NCBI GenBank assembly: GCA_964510025.1
Contig: CAZDZV010000004.1
Span: 126,611 to 157,603 of the forward strand
Direction of reading: 5' to 3'
Source of the DNA: an uncultured Methanosarcinales archaeon
GTDB lineage: Archaea > Nanobdellota > Nanobdellia > Woesearchaeales > DATDXC01
Length of the DNA: 30,993 nucleotides
Numbering within the stretch: position 1 is the stretch's first letter; each line of letters starts with the position of its first letter. The notes beneath the pieces were generated by a model that did not search any database, had not been told where the DNA came from, and worked only from the letters and a program-made list of their open reading frames with translations. Shown here piece by piece: positions 24,228 through 30,993 of this stretch. The translations under genes were made by a program, and so were the position numbers.

Positions 24228-25356
24228 GCACATAGCCCTGGTAGTTGCCCTAATCCTGATAGCTGCTGCAATATACTGGCTGAGCAGCATGAGCAGCACA
24301 CAGACAGGAAATGTTCCTGAGGCAGACATACCCCTGCCAAACATGAGTGAGAACAGCACCGAAACCTACCCTACTGAAGCGGACTACCAGAGGATTAATG
24401 AAAAGACAGCCGAATATGAAAGAGCCAAGGAGCTTGTTGACCCCGGCAGATTCATAAACTCAGAACCATTTGCAATCTCTGATTTCATAGGGGAGAAAGT
24501 TGTGCTCGTTGACTTCTGGACATATTCCTGTATAAATTGCCAGAGAACCACGCCTTATCTAAATCAGTGGTACTCAAAATACAAGGACCACGGATTTGTA
24601 ATTATAGGTATACATACTCCTGAGTTTGCCTTTGAGGAGGACTACGACAATCTTCTCGCTGCTGTCAGACGGGAAGGCATTGAATACCCTGTAGTGCAGG
24701 ATAATGACTATAAGACGTGGCGAGCTTATAAGAACAGGTTCTGGCCAAGGAAATACCTTATAGATATTGACGGATTTATCGTGTATGACCATATCGGGGA
24801 AGGTGCGTATGAAGAGACGGAACTCCGCATACAGCAGGCTTTGATGGAGAGACAGCAGGTATTTGCACTGGACCAGGATCTAGATATGAGTATTGAAGCC
24901 CCTGAAGATGTTGTTGATGTTGATTTCTCTAGGGTAGAGAGCCCTGAGATATATTTTGGAGCAGGAAGAAATGAACATTTAGGCAAGGGTATAGGGGAGA
25001 AGGAAGGGATTCAGAACCTGGAGATCCCAGAAAATATAGAAAAGAATCAGCTCTACCTGGAAGGAGAATGGGATTTCAAGGATGAATACGCTGAAAACCT
25101 AGGAAAAGCCAGGATAATATTCAAGTTCAAGGCTAAGGATGTGAACCTTGTAGCTAGCGCTAATGAAGCGATTGAACTTACAATAAGGCAGGATTCAGTC
25201 CTGATCAGCACTGGCAGGCAGGTCTCTGGTGGCAAAAGTGATGTGCTGGAAGAGGGATTGTATAATATAATAAGCAACGCTGATTATGGAGAGCATATAC
25301 TTGAAATCAGCATACCGGTTGCTGGATTGAAAGCATATACTTTCACGTTTGGTTGA
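24217..25356 (+). CDS. DipZ-like membrane-anchored redoxin with a C-terminal beta domain
   Basis: VLVDFWTYSCINC, GIHTPEFAFE, VVQDNDY, HIGEGAY, SPEIYFG and terminal AYTFTFG. Confidence 0.9.
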   Translation: MKNRHIALVVALILIAAAIYWLSSMSSTQTGNVPEADIPLPNMSENSTETYPTEADYQRINEKTAEYERAKELVDPGRFINSEPFAISDFIGEKVVLVDFWTYSCINCQRTTPYLNQWYSKYKDHGFVIIGIHTPEFAFEEDYDNLLAAVRREGIEYPVVQDNDYKTWRAYKNRFWPRKYLIDIDGFIVYDHIGEGAYEETELRIQQALMERQQVFALDQDLDMSIEAPEDVVDVDFSRVESPEIYFGAGRNEHLGKGIGEKEGIQNLEIPENIEKNQLYLEGEWDFKDEYAENLGKARIIFKFKAKDVNLVASANEAIELTIRQDSVLISTGRQVSGGKSDVLEEGLYNIISNADYGEHILEISIPVAGLKAYTFTFG

Positions 25357-25358
25357 AG

Positions 25359-25598
25359 ATGATAGATGCATTGCTGGCTCTAAGAATGGTATACATTCTG
25401 GGATGGACTAATATAATTGGCTTGTCGCTTGTACTGTTGTCGTGCAGATGCATCCCTGTCAGACTACCTAAAAGACTAAGGGAAAGCAAAGCATTCCGGC
25501 AGATGTATAGATACCATTGTCTTTATTGGGTGTTGTTCATATTATCAGTGTTGGCGCATGTCTACCTTGCCATATTCATATTGGGAAATCCATTCTAA
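25359..25598 (+). CDS. Small two-TM membrane protein with Cys/His motifs
   Basis: Two hydrophobic helices; SCRC, YHC and LAH motifs; directly follows the DipZ-like gene. Confidence 0.7.
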   Translation: MIDALLALRMVYILGWTNIIGLSLVLLSCRCIPVRLPKRLRESKAFRQMYRYHCLYWVLFILSVLAHVYLAIFILGNPF

Positions 25599-25670
25599 AG
25601 CCAGAAATCCCTCTGCTCAGCTCCAGAAGAGTGGCAAACATTTAAAAAATTCTAGTCATTCTCCAGCATT

Positions 25671-26513
25671 ATGAAAATATCTCAGGTGCAGAATCCGAAC
25701 ATGTCTGAAGCTCCTTCCTATGGCTCGAGCTTCTCAAGGGGCACCTTGGTTGAGCTTGAGGATGCTTCATTATTTTTCCTTTCTGGAACAGCAAGCGTGG
25801 ATGAAACAGGAAATGTCGTTGGGGACACTGTGGAACAGCAGGCAGAGAGGATGTTCGAAAACATCCAGGGCTTGTTCCGGGGTGCTGGGCTGGACCTCGA
25901 TGAGATAGCTGCTTCTGCCGTATATATCAGACCTTCCTTGATGGAGAAAGGTATGGAGATAGTGAAGGATAGGTACCAGCAGCTGGATTCTGGGATATGG
26001 TATCCAGCTGACGTCTGTAGGAGAGAATGGCTCATAGAGACAGATGCTCTTGCTATCAGGGGGAATGTTGGAGAGATTGTTGCTGCATATATGGCATACC
26101 ATAGGAAGGCCATGACTGGTATCCATAACGGCGCTCCGGCAGAGGCATCAGCAACTGAAATCAGGCGAGGCTACAACAGGTTTCTTTTTGTATATGATTC
26201 TGCAGAGACTTCGCTGGAGCCTGAGGAATTTAAACAAGGGGTGTGTCAAGCCTATGAAAGGATAACCAGGGTGCTGGAACGTAATGGGGCAGCATGGTCT
26301 GCTGTCGTAAACACAAGGATCAATATACCAAGATTCCTGGACAGGGCAGACCAAGGGCAGGATTACTATGGATTGTTTAACGCTATCAGGACAGACCTTT
26401 TCAGGCAACATGGTGTTGCGCCTTTTCCATCCAGCACAGGCATAGGCATCAAATATCTCAGAGATGCGCTAATGTTCTCTATCTCTGCTTTGGCAGTATA
26501 CAGGGCAGCCTAA
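25671..26513 (+). CDS. Tandem-domain Rid (YjgF/RidA) protein related to FkbO/Hyg5-type chorismatases
   Basis: Domain 1: SFSRG, FLSGTASVD, ADVCRREWLIETDA. Domain 2: YGLFNAIRT...FPSSTGIG. TATA TTTAAAAA lies ~22 nt upstream. Confidence 0.8.
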   Translation: MKISQVQNPNMSEAPSYGSSFSRGTLVELEDASLFFLSGTASVDETGNVVGDTVEQQAERMFENIQGLFRGAGLDLDEIAASAVYIRPSLMEKGMEIVKDRYQQLDSGIWYPADVCRREWLIETDALAIRGNVGEIVAAYMAYHRKAMTGIHNGAPAEASATEIRRGYNRFLFVYDSAETSLEPEEFKQGVCQAYERITRVLERNGAAWSAVVNTRINIPRFLDRADQGQDYYGLFNAIRTDLFRQHGVAPFPSSTGIGIKYLRDALMFSISALAVYRAA

Positions 26514-26578
26514 AGCTTTGCTTCTTTGTAACTACTAAACAGAAAGAAATAAAAATCAGTCTTTATTTTCTTTGGTAT

Positions 26579-27436
26579 ATGACTACGATCTACCTGCATG
26601 GACCAGGCAGCTGTGCAAGGATATCATCTAGGAAAGCTGAACCTAGCTCAATAGCTGAGGTTGTCCGGGATACGTCGCTAGGCAAGCATCTTATGCCGGC
26701 AGATCCGCAAACCTACAGTGCATTTATAGAGGTGGGCGGCAGTCTTGTGCACACCCTTATAGGATATCATGATGATACGCTAGATATCGTAGCTATAGGC
26801 CCCAGGAAACCTGTTGACCATGTTGTAGATGAGGTCCTTCCCCTGTGGCATGGTACAGACCAAGCAGATCCAGGATGGATTTCAGATCTTGTTGGCGTGG
26901 TGAGGAAGCATTTGGGAAATTATCATAACAGCTTAGAGTTCTACAATAGGTACTGCAGGCTAAGGCAGGATCTGGAGGCAGCAGAGGAACTTACTGACTG
27001 CCCGGCAGATGAGAACATAGATGTTATCTTCCGCGCTTTTCCTGCATTTGCTGGCCAGGAGCCTCTGTACGACCACAATATATGGCTGGTCCACAGGCGT
27101 AAGTTTGAATCCCCTGTAAAGGGCGAAGCTGCTCTGGTTGCCATAACAGGTTACAGATACTTCGGTCTTTATGGTCTTGCACTCTATAGAAAGCAGGCTG
27201 CTTCTCTGACAGCATGCGCTGTCCTTTTTTTCCAGCCAAATTTCCTGAAACTAGGTGGCATACATATTGCATATCCAGGATATGATTATCCTGATCTGCA
27301 AAGTGCTGAGTTCAGTACATTCGGCTTGACAACAAACGAATATTCCCCGCTTATGTGGGAAAAGCTGGCAGGATTTTTCACCAATGCTCGTGAAATGAAA
27401 GAGCTTGCTGATTTTTTGTTGAAAACTACGACATGA
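26579..27436 (+). CDS. Hypothetical protein (285 aa ORFan)
   Basis: Long ORF after an AT-rich spacer; no motif recognised. Confidence 0.7.
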   Translation: MTTIYLHGPGSCARISSRKAEPSSIAEVVRDTSLGKHLMPADPQTYSAFIEVGGSLVHTLIGYHDDTLDIVAIGPRKPVDHVVDEVLPLWHGTDQADPGWISDLVGVVRKHLGNYHNSLEFYNRYCRLRQDLEAAEELTDCPADENIDVIFRAFPAFAGQEPLYDHNIWLVHRRKFESPVKGEAALVAITGYRYFGLYGLALYRKQAASLTACAVLFFQPNFLKLGGIHIAYPGYDYPDLQSAEFSTFGLTTNEYSPLMWEKLAGFFTNAREMKELADFLLKTTT

Positions 27437-28193
27437 TCCTGTTGACTTCAGCTATTGTCTGTTTCATCTGCTCACAGCTGACATCTACGAGATGATGGGC
27501 TTCAGTAGAGGTTGCAGCCACTGTGTACTTAGGTTTTGGGGCCCGTGTATAATGTTCTTCAAACAGCCCCAGGGCCCTGTCCCTGTAATCAGACTCAGGA
27601 AAGAAAAAATCAAGATCAATATTATAATAGCAGTCCTTTCCCCGCGCAACAGCTAATCTTAATATATCAGGATAATGCTGGACAGGGGTGAATGTCACCG
27701 GAACCGGCCTCGCGTCTTCTATTACCTCCTCCAGTTCCTTAAGCCCGATTGCCTGGCGTGTTAAAGCTGTCATGCTTGCGCTAAGCCTCCCAGAATAATA
27801 TGTTTCCATCAAGACTCCTGTGGAAGGATCAAAATCTCCTAGCACAAACCCAAGATGCGGCCTTTCAGGATATACGATAATCATCCGATCCACAAGACCG
27901 ATGTAGGGCAGGGCAGCCAGATGGTTAGAGAAAGTTAGTAGCCTGCCATAGCCTTCAAAATCACCTTCTATTCCAGGCGGCAAAGGCGCTGGCTGAAAAT
28001 CCTCCTTGGGATGCAGGTCAAACATGACCATTACAGCCGGCTTCCTGAACCTGCCTTCCTTGTATGCCCCTACAGCCAGGGGCAGGCTCCATTTATGGCT
28101 GTCCACAACATCTAAGCCTGGAAGCCTTACAAACCTCTCCAAGGTACCCTCCTCCCTGAATGCAATATCATCAGGTGTTCCTTCTGTAATCAT
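27426..28193 (-). CDS. UPF0489-like (arginase/deacetylase-fold) protein
   Basis: VVDSH, VMFDLH, SNHL, NIDLDFF and VAATS appear in the order expected for UPF0489. ATG 28193 avoids overlap with the divergent gene. Confidence 0.68.
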   Translation of the reverse strand: MITEGTPDDIAFREEGTLERFVRLPGLDVVDSHKWSLPLAVGAYKEGRFRKPAVMVMFDLHPKEDFQPAPLPPGIEGDFEGYGRLLTFSNHLAALPYIGLVDRMIIVYPERPHLGFVLGDFDPSTGVLMETYYSGRLSASMTALTRQAIGLKELEEVIEDARPVPVTFTPVQHYPDILRLAVARGKDCYYNIDLDFFFPESDYRDRALGLFEEHYTRAPKPKYTVAATSTEAHHLVDVSCEQMKQTIAEVNRIMS

Positions 28194-28216
28194 TATATAA
28201 TGGTTATTTTGACAAG

Positions 28217-28226
28217 ATTTATAAAT
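28217..28226. promoter_or_regulatory. Palindromic TATA box shared by divergent genes
   Basis: ATTTATAAAT; the TTTATAAA core is 22 nt from ATG 28248 (+) and 24 nt from ATG 28193 (-). Confidence 0.6.
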
Positions 28227-28247
28227 AATTCTGTTTTCTCGTGCAAG

Positions 28248-30236
28248 ATGGGAAAGCATCTTGGCACAGAGACAACACGTAGAGAATTGCGAAGAGGGGT
28301 TCCAGGCCTTCTCAGGGACTATGAATCCCAGGGACCTTACAGAACATTGTTGCAGCTTATCTCTAACTGCCGGGATGCTGATGCCGGGCTTGTCAAGGTA
28401 ACCTATATACCAGAAGAAGACTACCTGGCAATCGAGGATGATGGCATGGGGATGCTGCCCAAGCCAGGCATAGATGATTTCTTTGATTTTGCCGGGACCC
28501 AAAAAGATCAGGTCCGTCTAACCCCAAAAGGGCGAAGAGTAGCGGGCTGCAGAGGGATCGCAGTCATCGGTTTGACAGATATTTGTGAAAAGATACATAT
28601 GGAGACCAGGAGAGATGGTATATTATCTGTGGTAGATCATGCTTTCCCTGAGGAATTGTTGGCTGGTGAGCAGATAACAATAGAAAAATATGAAGCAGAC
28701 GCAGCTGAGCACGGCACAAAGATAGAGATGCATGGGCTTAAGTTCAAGCCCAGCAAGGCGTTTGACATCAAGTATCTTATCAGGAGGATACCCTGGGACC
28801 GTCCGTTATTTCCAGGCTTCAGGATAGTAGTCAGCGACGGCAAAGAAGATGTTGAGCTAAAGCCCAGATCTATCGAAAAGGCATTGTTTACATTCAGGGT
28901 GGACTCAGTAGGAAAGCATATGGGCCATGTAGAAGGAAATGTCTATATCTCAAGATCCGAGCAGATAAAGGAAACAGGGATATATGTTACTGTAAATGGT
29001 GAACGTATAGGGGCAACAGAGGAATATTATCCATGGGCTAGGCTTTCAAATAGCCTTAGCCGCTCCACCACTATGATATTGACAGCTGACGGTATGGACC
29101 AGGCCCTTACTGCTGACAAGACAAAATTTAAGCCAACCCATCCTGCTGTAGATGAACTGAAACAGCTTATACAAGTCCATTTAGCTGAAGCCAGAAGGAT
29201 ATACGAAAAAGAGTTTCCGCGTGTCAGAGCAGCAACTTTCAAAAGGCAAGAACATCTCGCAGCGGTCGTTAAAAAACTGCATGCAAACGCACCACATGTA
29301 GAGATAGCCGAGCCTGCCACTCCGCATATTGCTGGCATCCCAGAGGCTGGCACGCTATTGGAAAGGCTTGGGCTGACTAATGATACACAATTTTTGCTAG
29401 TCTCCCTTCCATACTACCTTCCAGGGAGATATGATCCTGGAAGGCAGCAGCTGCTGGTTAATCGGGACCATCCCCTGCTGGCTGTAACTGAAGCCACCAC
29501 GCCTTCATCATATAGGTCTAATCTGCTTTTTCTCGTAATGCAGACTGTTGCTTTGCATGGTACTGAACCTAATATTGCCAGCCTCAAGGCAGAGGCCCAG
29601 GTTGCTGCTATCCTGACAGGAGATCCTGTTCCTGATAGAGAAGAGATAGTACCGGAGTTGGTATATTCTGCAGCAGATATCGCAAGGATAGCTGGGAGAG
29701 ACATTGGTGCTGTAAGGTATATGGCTGCAGCCGGAATATTCCCTAAGAGCGATGAAGGAATTCAGGGAAGGGACTACCTTGACCTGGAAAAAAGAACTCA
29801 GGGCTTGGTTACATTATATGAGATGGTCAAGTCCAGAGACCCAAACGTTCAGGTTGTCATGGAAAGATTCTCAAGACTGCTCTCCAAAGCAGGCAGGTCA
29901 GCCCAGTATTATGCTACAGATTTTGGCAAAGCGCAAAAATGTTATTTTGTTGAATCAGCGTTCGAAGACATGGTGTATCAGCTGCTAAAAGATTTTAGGC
30001 AGGATCAGGGCGTCCGTGTGATAGAGAATGGATTTAGGGCCATGGGCAAACCATATCTTAGCGTTGATCAGCTGGCGCAAAGGTGCAAGGGCATCGGAAA
30101 AGAAGATGTAAAGGCTATTCTGGATTATGCTGATAGGAGTAGTATACATATTGGCTATGAAGGGAGCGGAAAAAACAAAAGATATTTGCTCCATGATTTT
30201 GCGAGAGCACTGCACCATTTCAGGACCTCTGCGTGA
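28248..30236 (+). CDS. GHKL (MORC/Hsp90-like) ATPase-domain protein with putative C-terminal HTH modules
   Basis: LLQLISNCRDA (motif I), IEDDGMGM (II), GCRGIA (III), HGTKIEM (IV), S5-like region GIYVTVNGERI, VNRDHPLL, and YSAADIARIAG. Confidence 0.78.
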   Translation: MGKHLGTETTRRELRRGVPGLLRDYESQGPYRTLLQLISNCRDADAGLVKVTYIPEEDYLAIEDDGMGMLPKPGIDDFFDFAGTQKDQVRLTPKGRRVAGCRGIAVIGLTDICEKIHMETRRDGILSVVDHAFPEELLAGEQITIEKYEADAAEHGTKIEMHGLKFKPSKAFDIKYLIRRIPWDRPLFPGFRIVVSDGKEDVELKPRSIEKALFTFRVDSVGKHMGHVEGNVYISRSEQIKETGIYVTVNGERIGATEEYYPWARLSNSLSRSTTMILTADGMDQALTADKTKFKPTHPAVDELKQLIQVHLAEARRIYEKEFPRVRAATFKRQEHLAAVVKKLHANAPHVEIAEPATPHIAGIPEAGTLLERLGLTNDTQFLLVSLPYYLPGRYDPGRQQLLVNRDHPLLAVTEATTPSSYRSNLLFLVMQTVALHGTEPNIASLKAEAQVAAILTGDPVPDREEIVPELVYSAADIARIAGRDIGAVRYMAAAGIFPKSDEGIQGRDYLDLEKRTQGLVTLYEMVKSRDPNVQVVMERFSRLLSKAGRSAQYYATDFGKAQKCYFVESAFEDMVYQLLKDFRQDQGVRVIENGFRAMGKPYLSVDQLAQRCKGIGKEDVKAILDYADRSSIHIGYEGSGKNKRYLLHDFARALHHFRTSA

Positions 30237-30275
30237 AACAAAACATTTTTAAATCAACTCCAGTTATGATGGCCC

Positions 30276-30993
30276 ATGAAGTCAACTGCAGACATCAAGG
30301 TTTCTAAAAAGCTCATCGAGCAGGTGATCGGGCAGGAAAATGCAGTAAATGTGATGAAAAAGGCGTCACAGCAAAGGAGACATGTTCTGCTGATAGGAGA
30401 GCCCGGAACAGGCAAGTCGATGCTTGGCCTTGGACTGGCAGAGATGCTTCCTAAGGAAAAGCTGAAGGATATTATCTCATTTCCAAATCCGAACGATGAG
30501 AATTCTCCATTGATAAGGACATTGCCAGCTGGCCAGGGCAGGGATCTGGTCTCGAAAGCAAGGGTGCAGTCTTTAGGCTCTTTCAAGAACCAGTCGCTGA
30601 TTATGTTCATATTGGTAATTATCGCCATGTTCGCCCCCTGGTGGGCCCGCTCTTATTATAACTCAGACATTATGTTTGCTGCTTTTTTCCTTGGAGGCAT
30701 GATCTTTCTCGGAGCGTTTGTGATATTCCTGAACTTCGGCAAGAGGATGCCTACCAAGGTTATGGCGCCCAAGGTCATTGTTGATAACTACAAAAAAAAG
30801 ACAGCTCCGTTCAATGATGCTACCGGATCCCATGCTGGAGCGCTTTTAGGGGATGTTCTCCATGACCCCTTCCAGTCTGGAGGGTTGGGAACTCCGGCCC
30901 ATGAAAGAGTCGTGGCTGGAATGATCCACAAGTCACATATGGGCGTATTGTTCGTGGATGAGATCGCAACCTTGCAGCCCCATACCCAGCAGG
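30276..30993 (+). CDS. lonB: Archaeal membrane-bound Lon protease, 3'-truncated by the window edge
   Basis: Translated by hand: MKSTADIKVSKKLIEQVIGQE...GEPGTGKS (Walker A), two TM helices, GALLGDVLHDPFQSGGLGTP, LFVDEI (Walker B). TATA-like TTTTTAAAT at 30246-30254. Confidence 0.96.
   Translation, partial: MKSTADIKVSKKLIEQVIGQENAVNVMKKASQQRRHVLLIGEPGTGKSMLGLGLAEMLPKEKLKDIISFPNPNDENSPLIRTLPAGQGRDLVSKARVQSLGSFKNQSLIMFILVIIAMFAPWWARSYYNSDIMFAAFFLGGMIFLGAFVIFLNFGKRMPTKVMAPKVIVDNYKKKTAPFNDATGSHAGALLGDVLHDPFQSGGLGTPAHERVVAGMIHKSHMGVLFVDEIATLQPHTQQ

Noticed and set aside
23588..24340. 250-aa antisense ORF over ccdA, and similar long antisense ORFs (744-1283, 2353-2964, 18236-18805)
   Set aside because: These are shadows of well-supported genes, with no motifs or initiation signals.
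28194..28502. 5' extension of the 358-aa ORF overlapping the GHKL gene
   Set aside because: It is antisense to the ATPase motifs. ATG 28193 fits the promoter spacing and the domain boundary.
30254..30628. 124-aa minus-strand ORF in the ORF track
   Set aside because: It is antisense to lonB, which the track omits because it runs off the window.
1..30993. CRISPR arrays, rRNA/tRNA genes, integrases, transposases and att sites
   Set aside because: None was recognised on reading. Intergenic gaps are short and contain no regularly spaced repeats. Short att-like repeats could have been missed by eye.

Overview
Gene-dense archaeal chromosomal segment with TATA-type promoters, GGAGG/GGTGA ribosome-binding sites and overlapping start/stop codons. 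The gene set and compaction suggest a DPANN lineage such as Woesearchaeota (inference). From left to right: a sugar-nucleotide pair (NDP-sugar pyrophosphorylase, PMM/PGM); the exosome/proteasome superoperon (Pop5, psmA, SBDS, an inserted ORFan, rrp4, rrp41, rrp42, rpoK); rpl35ae; a two-gene accessory islet (putative PD-(D/E)xK-like protein and an ADP-ribosyltransferase + HD-domain fusion); TctA-like permease and OB-fold protein; a thiol-redox cassette with a membrane wHTH regulator; a 9-10 gene Fe-S/metal operon (DUF134, two COG1149 ATPases, EncFtn, DUF5320, J-domain/CoA-binding fusion, Mrp, DUF89, two NifB/NifX) headed by a perfect palindrome; UPF0182; a VOC/cupredoxin/thioredoxin/CcdA/DipZ-like cassette; a tandem Rid protein; an ORFan; a divergent UPF0489 and MORC-like GHKL ATPase pair; and the 5' part of lonB. 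The strongest candidates for novelty are the ART-HD fusion (same domain pair as Legionella SidE), a circularly permuted CcdA, and a dispersed class of lysine-depleted accessory proteins, several with altered catalytic residues. No tRNA, rRNA, CRISPR array or transposase was recognised. All family calls come from motif recognition by eye, not from database searches.
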